From Octopus bimaculoides (lineage: Eukaryota), in the NCBI RefSeq assembly GCF_001194135.2, contig NC_068989.1:7566100-7604025 (forward strand): a DNA stretch of 37,926 bases, written 5' to 3'. The notes under the pieces are model-generated. The model was given only the letters and a program-made list of their open reading frames with translations, made no database searches and was not told where the DNA came from. The translations under genes and the position numbers were made by a program. Within the stretch, counting starts at the first letter, position 1. Every line of letters starts with the position of its first letter. Below are positions 10,984 through 23,172 of the stretch, piece by piece.

Positions 10984-12120
10984 ACACACTTATATTTGTT
11001 TACATGTGTATGGATATTTTTTGTCGTTCTTTTCCTAAAACCTTCAACTGCAGCAAACATTAGGCAGATGGGGGTGGGTGGAAGAAGGACTTTGAAGATT
11101 ATTAAGAGGAACGGAAGACGTTAGACTTGATCCCCAAAAGGCTCCCTCAGAACGAACTCCGTTTAAGGTGCTGAAAGACCAGGTGTGATAGATTAAACCG
11201 GGCGATAGACTAAAGTACATCTATGAATCATCTATCATGCAGTCTTTGAAGAACGAATGGCGTTCTGCTACGACAAACGTCGAGTGTCATAGTAACAGTG
11301 TGTGCTATGACTAATATATTTTATTATGAGTAATGTCATTACCTCATGTTTTTTGCTTGATAGATTCCAGAACAAATCGATAATGTCACCGGTCATCGAA
11401 AACCTCATTTACATCCAATCGCTATCATTTATTTTCTCGGATCCAGTAAAATGCTATTCTACATTACCTTATATTACCTATGCAGAAATTTGTCGAGAAG
11501 AACAACTCACCTTGTTTTTGAAACAACTTCCTTCTTCGATAGACGAAAACTCCTCCCCGAAACAAGCTGAAAACCAATCTATGGTCAATAGATATCGATA
11601 TATATATTGATTTTGTTTTAAATGACACATGATAAGACTAATTTTGTGACTCAAGGCTAATTGTATTAAGATTAAGGTGTGAATAATCGATTCAACTGGA
11701 ATCCGGTTTCATAAATAAATGAATGATTGAGTATCTCCGTCCTCGGGACTGGGGGACTGGGGGACAGGGGCCTCAGAGAGAGCTCATTTGTTACCTTCAG
11801 GCACTCAGATAAATATAGTCGGTGGACCCTGAATTAACTTCTGACCCGATTTACTGCCGGGGTTGATTCCCTTAGCCTTCGTCCCTTCCTAGGTAATCAT
11901 AACTAGTATGGTTTTATGCCCAGAATTGTGCAGTCCTTCTCCTAGCCCGACTAGATCCAAGGGCTGCAAAGCTCAGATTGTCATCCTGGCGTATCGTTGA
12001 CATAAAAGGGACCATTGATTCACACACGAGCTGAATTCAAAACATTGATAAACAAGACACAAAGCGACAAAACATTACGCCCAACTCTCTCCCCTTTTGT
12101 TTATGACTAGGAAACCAAAA

Positions 12121-12570
12121 GTTGAGTAGCTGTATAGTAAGCAGCTTGATTACCAGCCACATGGTTCTGGGTTCAGTCCCACTGCGTGGCACCTTGGGCA
12201 AGTGTCTTCTACTATAGCCTTGGCCGACCAAAGCNNNNNNNNNNCCTTGGGCAAGTGTCTTCTACTATAGCCTTGGCCGACCAAAGCCTTGTGAGTGAAT
12301 TTGGTAGACGGAAACTGAAAGAAGCCCGTCGCATTGTGTGTGTGTCTCTGTGTGTGTTTGTGTGTCTGTGTTTGTCTCCCCAACATCGCTTGAGAACCGA
12401 TGCTGGTGTGTTTATGTCCCTATAAGTTAGCGGTTCGGCAAAAGGGACCGATAGAATAAGTACTAGACTTACAAAGGATAAGTCCTGGGGTCGATTTCTT
12501 CGACTAAAAGCGGTGCTCCAGCATGGCCACAGTCAAATGATTGAAACAAGTAAAGGAGTAAAAGAGTAAA
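12121..12570 (+). mobile_element. SINE family B, near full length
   Basis: Head, CORE-like domain, internal (TG)n and tail GCGGTGCTCCAGCATGGCCACAGTCAAATGATTGAAAC; contains a 10-N gap with duplicated flanks. Confidence 0.92.
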
Positions 12571-12668
12571 TAGAAAGAAAGGGGGAAAAAGGTGTTGTGG
12601 TAATCGTTCCAAAGATGGCATGCACAGCAACATATTTCTTGGACGAGTTGGATTCTATTGCGCCGTAA

Positions 12669-12827
12669 TTTGGGCAAGTGTCTTTTACTGTATCCCCGAG
12701 CTGATCAATAACCTTTTGAATGAATTTTGTTGACGGAAACTGTGGAAGCCGGACGAATATGTCTGTTTGTGTTTGTGCTTGTCCTTACCCCACCACTTGA
12801 CAACTAGCGTTGGTTCGTTTATGCCCC
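12669..12827 (+). mobile_element. SINE family B, old degenerate internal fragment
   Basis: TTGGGCAAGTGTCTTTTACTG...GACGGAAACTGTGGAAGCC...CCACTTGACAACTAGCGTTGG aligns with the B middle region. Confidence 0.75.
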
Positions 12828-14111
12828 CCACCCCCCCAAAAAACAAAACATATATATATATATANNNNNNNNNNNNNNNNNNNNNNNNNNNNNNNNNNNN
12901 NNNNNNNNNNNNNNNNNNNNNNNNNNNNNNNNNNNNNNNNNNNNNNNNNNNNNNNNNNNNNNNNNNNNNNNNNNNNNNNNNNNNNNNNNNNNNNNNNNNN
13001 NNNNNNNNNNNNNNNNNNNNNNNNNNNNNNNNNNNNNNNNNNNNNNNNNNNNNNNNNNNNNNNNNNNNNNNNNNNNNNNNNNNNNNNNNNNNNNNNNNNN
13101 NNNNNNNNNNNNNNNNNNNNNNNNNNNNNNNNNNNNNNNNNNNNNNNNNNNNNNNNNNNNNNNNNNNNNNNNNNNNNNNNNNNNNNNNNNNNNNNNNNNN
13201 NNNNNNNNNNNNNNNNNNNNNNNNNNNNNNNNNNNNNNNNNNNNNNNNNNNNNNNNNNNNNNNNNNNNNNNNNNNNNNNNNNNNNNNNNNNNNNNNNNNN
13301 NNNNNNNNNNNNNNNNNNNNNNNNNNNNNNNNNNNNNNNNNNNNNNNNNNNNNNNNNNNNNNNNNNNNNNNNNNNNNNNNNNNNNNNNNNNNNNNNNNNN
13401 NNNNNNNNNNNNNNTATATATATATATACAAATATGTACATACACATATAGATGTATATATCTGCATGTGTGTATGTATGTATTCTCATGCATATAGTTG
13501 CATGTCTAGACATGCTCATATACACTTAAATGATAAACTTGTGGAAAGTATGTACGTATGTATGTTTGTATGTATGTATGTATGTATGTATGTATGTTTG
13601 TATGTACGTGCGTGTGTATGCATGCTGGTATGCAAGTTTTTGTATGTCTGTGTACAGATGTTTGAACACAGGAGCCGTGTAAATAAGGAGAGAAGGGTCT
13701 TTAAAAAGTAAAGATTTTAGCGTAAGGCCTTTGCCAGCATAAATTTTAAACTACAATGCATATATACATACATATGCACACATATATGTACGTACACGCG
13801 CACGCGCACACACACAAACATATGTAGATAGATAGATATGTGTATATATATATACATATGTAAATGTTTGTGACTGTGTGTGTTCATGTGTGTGTTCATG
13901 TGTGTGCGTGTTGATTATTTAGCAATGATTTACACTTGTCCATATTGATGCCAGATTTTTCCAAATTTTGGTTAAGTACATGTTTGCACCGTTTCAATTC
14001 ATCTCTGTCCTTTTCTACGCTATTTTTCATTCAGTTGGGAAGAACTTATATCTGATAGACAATCCCTCAGGATACCCCAGAGATCCTTGAAGAAAACATA
14101 AAAACGTATGT

Positions 14112-14148
<37 letters not shown>

Positions 14149-14792
14149 NNNNNNNNNNNNNNNNNNNNNNNNNNNNNNNNNNNNNNNNNNNNNNNNNNNN
14201 NNNNNNNNNNNNNNNNNNNNNNNNNNNNNNNNNNNNNNNNNNNNNNNNNNNNNNNNNNNNNNNNNNNNNNNNNNNNNNNNNNNNNNNNNNNNNNNNNNNN
14301 NNNNNNNNNNNNNNNNNNNNNNNNNNNNNNNNNNNNNNNNNNNNNNNNNNNNNNNNNNNNNNNNNNNNNNNNNNNNNNNNNNNNNNNNNNNNNNNNNNNN
14401 NNNNNNNNNNNNNNNNNNNNNNNNNNNNNNNNNNNNNNNNNNNNNNNNNNNNNNNNNNNNNNNNNNNNNNNNNNNNNNNNNNNNNNNNNNNNNNNNNNNN
14501 NNNNNNNNNNNNNNNNNNNNNNNNNNNNNNNNNNNNNNNNNNNNNNNNNNNNNNNNNNNNNNNNNNNNNNNNNNNNNNNNNNNNNNNNNNNNNNNNNNNN
14601 NNNNNNNNNNNNNNNNNNNNNNNNNNNNNNNNNNNNNNNNNNNNNNNNNNNNNNNNNNNNNNNNNNNNNNNNNNNNNNNNNNNNNNNNNNNNNNNNNNNN
14701 NNNNNNNNNNNNNNNNNNNNNNNNNNNNNNNNNNNNNNNNNNNNNNNNNNNNNNNNNNNNNNNNNNNNNNNNNNNNNNNNNNNNNNNNNATG

Positions 14793-14830
<38 letters not shown>

Positions 14831-15539
14831 TACATATATATATATTCCTTACATAACTGAAAAAGTTCAATCTTTTTCAAATTCATTTATATAGAAGCCT
14901 ACATATGCCAGTAATGCATATATATATATATATACGCACGCGCACTCAAACACGCACACTCAGAGAGACACACACATATATTTGTTTCAGTATAAACCCT
15001 ACAGTCATAGGCGAATTGAGGCACACATTCGTTGAGTGTCGCAACAATACTGACGAGCGAACACACGTTGATCTGATCTGGCTTCCAGCCGAATCCATTG
15101 TGATGGTCACCCAGCTGCCTTCCTTTGCTCATGCAAAGCAAAGTGTTATCCCTGTTCAGTGGCTATGGTAAAGCAGGTTTTATGTTGGATAATAATGGAA
15201 AGGACTGACGGATGATGCATTCCTCTTAGGCAAAATTCCATCAACTTTGCGAAATACAATGCGGAAAGGAAGACTTCGTTCGGAAGGGAGGTAATTCTCT
15301 CTACAAAATTTACTGATAGGCGAAAGTGAGTTGTGAGAGTGGCTCGAGTGAGCGAACCTACTCTAAGTAATGCACTCGTAAGTTGAACAACATAATAAAG
15401 AAGAGTACTTGTTTTTGGTAACAAGCATTACCCTGCATCTGTGTGGGTCTTTGAATGGACTCATGTGGCTTTCCCCCATTTCGTGTCGTTCATTATCTAG
15501 TCGTTTTTTATGTTCTGGCCTGCAGTTTAGCTGCAGATA

Positions 15540-15770
15540 TAATTGCCGTCGAAGTCTTCCACTATGTCTTTGGATAGGTTCTTATGTTTCTCATTCCCAT
15601 TTTCAATTTCTTTGGTAAGTCTATGATCTTACACTGTTTATTTTGTCCCCTGTGATCATAATTGGTCTTCTTACTTCAATAGTATGTTCAATCTTCATGA
15701 AGAAATCCCATAAAATCCTCTAATTCTTATGCTTTATCACAGTCTCTGGCTCGTCTTCGTACCAATTTTT
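15540..15770 (-). mobile_element. Degenerate R4/Dong-type non-LTR retrotransposon fragment (restriction-like endonuclease region)
   Basis: Reads KNWYEDEPETVIKHKN*RILWDFFMKIEHTIEVRRPIMITGDK and, after a frameshift, QCKIIDLP. This matches the WYEH.P..V.EN...ILWDF.I......RRPD..V.DK...C.IID pattern of RLE-bearing R4-clade elements. Multiple stops and frameshifts. Confidence 0.75.
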
Positions 15771-16026
15771 GTTGTTATTGAGTGAGAGAGCAGCACACGT
15801 CATCAAAGTGGAACTGGAGTACAAAGATACGAGACCCAATATACCCATCTTGACTACCCGTCTGATAAGGGTACACCAGGCACATGCATCACAACCATGT
15901 GCATGCGACATGGTGATCTCATAACAAGATAAACAGCGCATGACCTTGCAGGTGGGGGCCCAGTTAGAATTTGCTTCAGGTTGAGTAGCCCATCCTTCTC
16001 AAAAGGTCCCTGAATAAGGCTTGTTT
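15771..16026 (-). repeat. Unclassified interspersed repeat (family G) ending CTCTCTCACT-CAATAACAAC, abutting the R4 fragment and running into a gap
   Basis: Abrupt junction with the R4 fragment and a degenerate (AAT/AAC) tail. Single copy here, so repeat status is recollection plus inference. Confidence 0.4.
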
Positions 16027-16816
16027 NNNNNNNNNNNNNNNNNNNNNNNNNNNNNNNNNNNNNNNNNNNNNNNNNNNNNNNNNNNNNNNNNNNNNNNNNN
16101 NNNNNNNNNNNNNNNNNNNNNNNNNNNNNNNNNNNNNNNNNNNNNNNNNNNNNNNNNNNNNNNNNNNNNNNNNNNNNNNNNNNNNNNNNNNNNNNNNNNN
16201 NNNNNNNNNNNNNNNNNNNNNNNNNNNNNNNNNNNNNNNNNNNNNNNNNNNNNNNNNNNNNNNNNNNNNNNNNNNNNNNNNNNNNNNNNNNNNNNNNNNN
16301 NNNNNNNNNNNNNNNNNNNNNNNNNNNNNNNNNNNNNNNNNNNNNNNNNNNNNNNNNNNNNNNNNNNNNNNNNNNNNNNNNNNNNNNNNNNNNNNNNNNN
16401 NNNNNNNNNNNNNNNNNNNNNNNNNNNNNNNNNNNNNNNNNNNNNNNNNNNNNNNNNNNNNNNNNNNNNNNNNNNNNNNNNNNNNNNNNNNNNNNNNNNN
16501 NNNNNNNNNNNNNNNNNNNNNNNNNNNNNNNNNNNNNNNNNNNNNNNNNNNNNNNNNNNNNNNNNNNNNNNNNNNNNNNNNNNNNNNNNNNNNNNNNNNN
16601 NNNNNNNNNNNNNNNNNNNNNNNNNNNNNNNNNNNNNNNNNNNNNNNNNNNNNNNNNNNNNNNNNNNNNNNNNNNNNNNNNNNNNNNNNNNNNNNNNNNN
16701 NNNNNNNNNNNNNNNNNNNNNNNNNNNNNNNNNNNNNNNNNNNNNNNNNNNNNNNNNNNNNNNNNNNNNNNNNNNNNNNNNNNNNNNNNNNNNNNNNNNN
16801 NNNNNNNNNNNNNNNN

Positions 16817-16936
<120 letters not shown>

Positions 16937-17434
16937 TGTTGTTATTATTATTATTAATGTTAGCATACTCCATGTAAAACCCCCAAGCGTTTTTGAAATT
17001 TGCCCATATAACGCGCTTCATACGTCGCCCTTGCGGCCATAAAAGAAATTCTTGTTACGTTGTTGTTATTAAGATAGTGACGATGAGAAGAAAGGATATG
17101 AAAGAGATATGAGATTATAGGTATGAGGATAAGTAAATGTGTTGCGAAAATAAAGAATGTGAAGGAGAGAGGAAGACGTATAGGGAAGCAAGATTTAATT
17201 AAGAAAACAACGTCGTTATTGGTATTTTTCAATTGAAGCGACTGAAAGAACAACAAGAACAGAAGTAATTTAATAAAGAAACTAAGAGGGACTGAAAGAA
17301 AAGATAGAAAAGAAAGGATGGAAGTTAGAAAATATGAAGCAGGCGTCGGGAAAATTAGTTTTCAATATTAGCTTTAAGATCTTTTAGCCGCGAACTAGCT
17401 GTATATCCCAGAGCTACTTATAATCTACGACTCA

Positions 17435-17446
17435 GTCGCCATCTTG
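17435..17446 (-). promoter_or_regulatory. YY1-like motif CAAGATGGCGAC in a CpG-enriched island
   Basis: Near-consensus YY1 site (CAAGATGGCGGC) within ~17340-17570, which has more CpG than its flanks; no transcript evidence. Confidence 0.25.
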
Positions 17447-17592
17447 CCAGCTGACGATCTTTTGGCCACCCGCAACTGTGGCAGCTGCTGTAACGTTTGA
17501 AGGGAAATATTTGTAAAAATCTTTTGGGAACAAAACTCGTATGAAGCCAGGCTCATCTCACGCGCACACGTTTTACTTGATCTAGCCATAAT

Positions 17593-17890
<298 letters not shown>

Positions 17891-18498
17891 ACTTTTCTGT
17901 CTAGCTAATACCATTAATTATACCTTTATAGTCAGCTTTCACATCTTTGAATTATTAGATTTCCTTTGAAATCACTTCATCGCCATCAAATAATAATTTT
18001 ATTCATTTTTTTACTTTTTTGTTTCATTTCCTCTTTAAATTAGAGGCAAAGTTCTACAGAGCATAATTATCACAGCCTCGATTTCCAATTATAATCCTCA
18101 TTATTTACACCGCTAATAGGTATGAAAGTTGTACAAATCACCTTTCCTACAATTTTCCAGTTTTCGTAAAATGGTGTTTCAGGAGGAGATATTTTCTTTA
18201 ATCTAAACACTCGAGTAATGAGCGAAAGAGTACGGTCGCGAATACAAACGGCCGAAATGTGTTTTCCTCTGTAGGGTCTCTGGGGTAATGTTTACTGGAC
18301 AGAGTGCGTAGCTCAGCGCTCAGGGAGTCTCTCCAGGTCGAGCCACTACTTTTCCGCATTGAGAAGTCACAGCCCCGGTACTATGGACACGTGATTAAAA
18401 TGTCACAGAAAAATATCGCAAGACGGACTCTTTGAGAACCAACATGCAGGAGACTCAAGAGTTGTGTGTGTGTGTGTATGCGCGTGTGTGTGTGTGTG

Positions 18499-18625
18499 TC
18501 ACAGAGCTTCTGCTGACAGTGTACAAGGGTGGGCGAAGCAACTTCACCCCGTCGTTTGACCTTCCTAGCAATGGACGATCTTCCGTTCGAGCAAGTGTCC
18601 AGTTAACAGATAGCATTGTGTTTGC
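18499..18625 (-). repeat. Family F, copy 2
   Basis: Inverted ~89% copy of 7610-7736, also followed by (CA)n on its sense strand. Confidence 0.8.
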
Positions 18626-19959
18626 ATGCACGCCCAAGAACGTATGGTTGGGTAATATCTTATAGTCTCAGTTAGTCACACTTGGGAATCTATTCAGAAA
18701 GTCTAATGGTGGTTGCTTCTGACAGGACGCTATGAAGGAGTTGCCTGAGGGATCTACGCCCTCGAAACTCCCAGGAATAGTGGGCGGAAAAATAGGCGGA
18801 TGGATAAACTGGAAAAGATGCTCCCATAAATTTCTTGGATATGGAAAATGAAAGGGTTATATGGTGATTGTAGAGAATTTACGTTGTCGTTTAGCTTTCA
18901 TCAGCAATTATACTTCTTATGCGTATCATTAGAGAATTGAAACCGTGTCTGTTTCTATTAACAGTTAAAACGCTCTCGTGTCACATGTTTACATAAGACA
19001 ATATATAATTAATATACTTAATATAATTAATCTGATAGAAGACAAGAATGAAATATACTGAGTGGCGAACAAAACGCTTTGTAGTATGTGACATCCTTTC
19101 CAGGATAATTTATTAAGTAAGATCGGTATCTGATGTCGCTGTTGAGCAAATGATTTGCTGATGCACGCCGATATCTACTAAATATGGGATTCACGCAAAA
19201 CAGCGGAATTCAAGCAATACTTTATCGATTGATTCTCAATGCATTCTGGTAGATTCGACCATCATTGTTTTCGTCACCGGAGGACATTTCTGTTTAGATG
19301 GTATGCATTCATAAAACGCGATTCACTGGTCTTAAGGGACTTCGAGACAACACCGTTTCGACGTTATTATGTATGTCCTCAGTCAAAGCTACTCCGCAAC
19401 AAGACTACAGTCTCATCTTTTATTCCATTTCTCTTAATATAACTTTGTTTTTACTGACAGCTGTCATAGCGTGTTGCAGCGTGTACGAATTTTCAGTGCT
19501 ATGCGTAAGAGTGACGTGACTTTTCTGCTTCGTTGGTTGTTTTGTTTTTTCAATAAAAAAATGTCAGTTTATCACAGTAACCTAATGAAATACTCTTCGC
19601 TTACGCAGTTCTTTGTAATGGAGTGTCTTGTAACCATCCCAAGGGCATCAAACCACAGCCACATTCACTGGGCTGTTGCGAAGTCAAGGATCTTTGTTAG
19701 AAAGACATCACGTGGTGCAGAAAAGACGCTACAATTTCCGAAAATAAGCAAGATCTCTTTCCCCTCTCTCCGTCTTTCTGCCTCTCTGATAAACTGAAAA
19801 TATTGACGTATTCTCTAAAGGATCGCCACAACTCTTCTGTTTTTATGTTTAATGCTCTACTTTGTTTTTCTTTTTTTATTTAATCCCGGGTCAAGGAAGG
19901 GACATGAGAGGATCACCAGAGCGTCAAAAAAGAAAGTGACTTGCAATACTTCTCCTCTC

Positions 19960-20110
19960 TCTGAACGTTCTGCGTTGGAATCATGTTGAAGCCAACTTTA
20001 CTTTACATCCTTTTAGGGTCGACAAAATAAAGTAGCTCTCTAGGACTGGAATCGGCGTATTCGACTTGCCTCTCTCATCTAAATTGCTGGCCTTGTGCCA
20101 AGATTAGAAT
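19960..20110 (+). mobile_element. SINE family A, degenerate, tail type A2
   Basis: ACTTTACATCCTTTTAGGGTCGACAAAATAAAGTA core and AAATTGCTGGCCTTGTGCCAA tail. Confidence 0.7.
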
Positions 20111-20154
20111 GATTTAATACCAAGTCAAGGCAGGGATCCGGAAAAATCACTAGA

Positions 20155-20254
20155 GTGATGTAAATGTGCTTTTTGGCATGCTTTGGCTCTTTAGGTTCTG
20201 AATTCAAATCCTGCTTCGGTCAACTTTGCCTTTTATAATTTTGAGGTCGAAAAA
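20155..20254 (+). mobile_element. SINE family A, degenerate fragment
   Basis: GTTCTGAATTCAAATCCTGC..GGTCAACTTTGCCTTTTAT..GAGGTCGAAAAA. Confidence 0.65.
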
Positions 20255-20550
20255 TTTCCAACAATTGCGCAGTTTTCCTTGTTGGTCGTCCTGTAGTGGT
20301 CTACGTAGCTAAATAGTTGAATGATCTCCCTTGCAAGAAATATCATAGAGTTACCTCCCTTTTCTAAGTTTCTCGAAGCATCTGTGTCATGAGACGTGAT
20401 TCTTAATTATTCAAGAAGCTTAGCGTTTCTCTCGGAAGTTTTTAGAATGTCTAGCATTCCATAAATAAAAACAGCTTGCTAATCCTGCTCTTCGCTGCTT
20501 AGTCGATTAGACTTAGAGCCAATCAGGTCATTGCTATGTCCGTGGAATGT

Positions 20551-20643
20551 CCGGCGGAATTTGAACTCAGAACGTAAAGACAGACGAAATACCACGAAGC
20601 ATTTCTCCCGGCGTGCTAACGATTCTGCCAGCTCACCGCCCTT
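20551..20643 (-). mobile_element. SINE family A head
   Basis: Reverse complement GGCGGTGAGCTGGCAGAATCGTTAGCACGCCGGG...GTTCTGAGTTCAAATTCCGCC. Confidence 0.88.
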
Positions 20644-21300
20644 ATGCGGGAGAATGTTCTGAGTAACATAACAGTACTATAATGACCTTTACTCACAATG
20701 TTCAGGATACGAGCTGGACCTCCTGTCTAGGTGGCCTCAATAAGTTTGCTCATCAAAGTTTGCCAAACAGAAAGTTAAGCAAACAGACATTAGTCATGTA
20801 TGACGGTAGAGGTCTTTGGCGTTTCGAGGAAGAGGCACCCGGCCGTGAACGCAACACCTGCTACTCTGTAAGAAAGACTTCTATTTGTGAATTATAAATG
20901 TGCATATGTATGTTTATGGATGTGTGTGACCGTTTGTATACCAACATATAAGCTATGTATGAAAGTATGTACATATAATGCATGTATGTATTATGTATGT
21001 ATGTATGATTACACATGCATTTATATACTTACATATACGCTAATACACGTATAACCTTTCTAAAAGGCCGGTTTATATTATAAATTTACTTTATAATAAA
21101 CTGACAAAGAGCACGGGAAAAGAAGAAGAGAAAGAGAGATTTGAAAAGAGATAGTAAACTATATATATNNNNNNNNNNNNNNNNNNNNNNNNNNNNNNNN
21201 NNNNNNNNNNNNNNNNNNNNNNNNNNNNNNNNNNNNNNNNNNNNNNNNNNNNNNNNNNNNNNNNNNNNNNNNNNNNNNNNNNNNNNNNNNNATATATATA

Positions 21301-21462
21301 GTCGCAGGAGTGGCTGTGTGGTAAGTAGCTTGCTTACCAACCATATGGCTCCGGGTTCAGTACCACTGCGTGGCACCTTGAGCAAGTGCTTTTTACTATA
21401 GTCGTGGACCGACTAAATACTTGTGAATGGATTTGATAGGCGGAAACTGAAAGAAGCCTGTC
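21301..21462 (+). mobile_element. SINE family B, 5' part
   Basis: GTCGCAGGAGTGGCTGTGTGGTAAGTAGCTTGCTTACC head through GGAAACTGAAAGAAGCC. Confidence 0.92.
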
Positions 21463-21520
21463 TTATATATATATAGCCCCTACCCCAGCCCGCACCAAGC
21501 CAAATTGTACGCCTTGTGCT

Positions 21521-21944
21521 TATTTTATTCTTTTACTTGTTTCAGTCATTTGACTGCGGCCATGCTGGAGCACCTACTTTAGTCGAGCAAATTGACCCCA
21601 GAACTTATTATTTGTAAGCTTAGTACTTATTCTATCAGTTTCTTTTGCCGAACCGTTAAGTCACGGGGACGTAAGCACACCAACATCAGTTGTCAATCGA
21701 TGTTAGGGGGGGGGGACAAGCACAGACACACACGCACACATACACACACACACACATACACACACACATATATATATGTGACGAACTTCTTTCAGTTTCC
21801 GTCTACCAAATCCATTCACAAGGCTTTGGAAAGTCCGAGGCTATAGTAGAAGACACTTGCCCAAGATACCACGCAGTGGGACTGAACCCGGGACCATGTG
21901 ATTGGTAAGCAAGCTACTTACCACACATCCACTCCTGCGACTAT
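21521..21944 (-). mobile_element. SINE family B, full length
   Basis: Head at 21944, internal (CA/TA)n, tail CTCCAGCATGGCCGCAGTCAAATGACTGAAACAAGTAAAAGAATAAAA. Confidence 0.93.
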
Positions 21945-21999
21945 GTAGAAAGAATTTATATTAACATATGACAGCAGAATCAACAAAAATTACCAACTC

Positions 22000-22172
22000 A
22001 GACAAAACACTTCGCGACATTTGTCCCACCTCTTTACGTTCTGAGTTCAACCACAGCCGAGGTCAAATTTAACTTTCATCTTTTCGGGGTCGATTGAAAT
22101 AAATATTAGTTGAGCAGTAGGGGTCGATGTAATCGACTTACCCTTTTCCTCTAGTCTGGTGCCAGTTTGAAC
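22000..22172 (+). mobile_element. SINE family A, degenerate (A2-like tail)
   Basis: TTACGTTCTGAGTTCAA..GAGGTCAAATTTAACTTTCATCTTTTCGGGGTCGAT..GGGGTCGATGTAATCGACTTA. Confidence 0.8.
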
Positions 22173-22384
22173 CCATTATATATTAATATACGATTCTACA
22201 TATCAATCTATTTATACGGAATCTTTGTGTCCCCAAAACTCATCAATGGTTGATATGTTGGAAATATCCTTTTATACATATTTATGAGGCGTCCCTTATT
22301 GATACATGTTTAACTGGCCTTCAGTTATCCTCGCTTTTATATACAATGTACCTATGACATTTATCAAACGGGTTTTTAACAGCG

Positions 22385-22505
22385 TTAGATGGGCAGAGTC
22401 GGGTGAAATTCCTGGCAGTATTTTCTCCGGTTGTTTTTGCTCTGAGTTCAAATTTCAACGAAAGGAGCTTTGATTTTTATTCTTTCGAGGTCGATGGAAT
22501 AAACA
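22385..22505 (+). mobile_element. SINE family A, highly degenerate
   Basis: CTCTGAGTTCAAATTTC..CTTTGATTTTTATTCTTTCGAGGTCGAT..AATAAA. Confidence 0.6.
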
Positions 22506-22787
22506 ATCTGTGCTAATTACTGATCTGGATTTACGCACACACGCGCACACACACATGCTCACACACGCACACACACATACTCACACACGCAGACATTAAG
22601 CGACTGAGAATACAAGACAAACCTTCAGACGGAACACCAATCGCTTGCAAAGTTATTTCTCCACTCACGGCTGGTACTCGTTTTCAGCTGAGTGAATTGG
22701 AACAAACAATATGCCGCAGAAGCTGCGAAAGAACTGCAGAAAATACTTTATATTTTATTTAAAAAGTAAAAAGCCTTGTTAGTAAGT

Positions 22788-23172
22788 TGTTGTTGGCACT
22801 CCGTCGCTTACGACGTCGAGAGTTCCAGTTGATCCGATCAACGGAACAGCCTGCTCGTGAAATTAACGTGCAAGTGGCCGAGCACTCCACAGACACGTGT
22901 ACCCTTAACGTAGTTCTCGAGGATATTCAGCGTGACACAGTGTGACAAGGCTGACCCTTTGAATTACAGGCAGAACAGAAACAGGAAGTAAGAGTGAGAG
23001 AAAGTTGTGGTGAAAGAGTACAGCAGGGTTCGCTACCATCCCCCGCCGGAGCCTCGTGGAGCTTTAGGTGTTTTCGCTCAATAAACACTCACAACGCCCG
23101 GTCTGGGAATCGAAACCGCGATCCTATGACCGCGAGTCCGCTGCCCTAACCACTGGACCATTGCACCTCCAC
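22788..23172 (-). mobile_element. SINE family C, full length, (AAC)n tail, 11-bp TSD
   Basis: Head GTGGAGGTGCAATGGTCCAGTGGTTAGGG, tail CGACGGAGTGCCAACAAC; direct repeat TGTTAGTAAGT at 22777-22787 and 23173-23183. Confidence 0.95.

Noticed and set aside
12190-12290. 43-bp direct duplication inside SINE B
   Set aside because: The two units flank a 10-N gap; typical unmerged contig overlap, so an assembly artefact.
14991-15167. Plus-strand 177-nt symmetric exon candidate (TTTCAG acceptor, GTAAAG donor)
   Set aside because: The peptide INPTVIGELRHTFVEC.. is unrecognised, there are no compatible neighbouring exons, and it lies among decayed retroelement debris.
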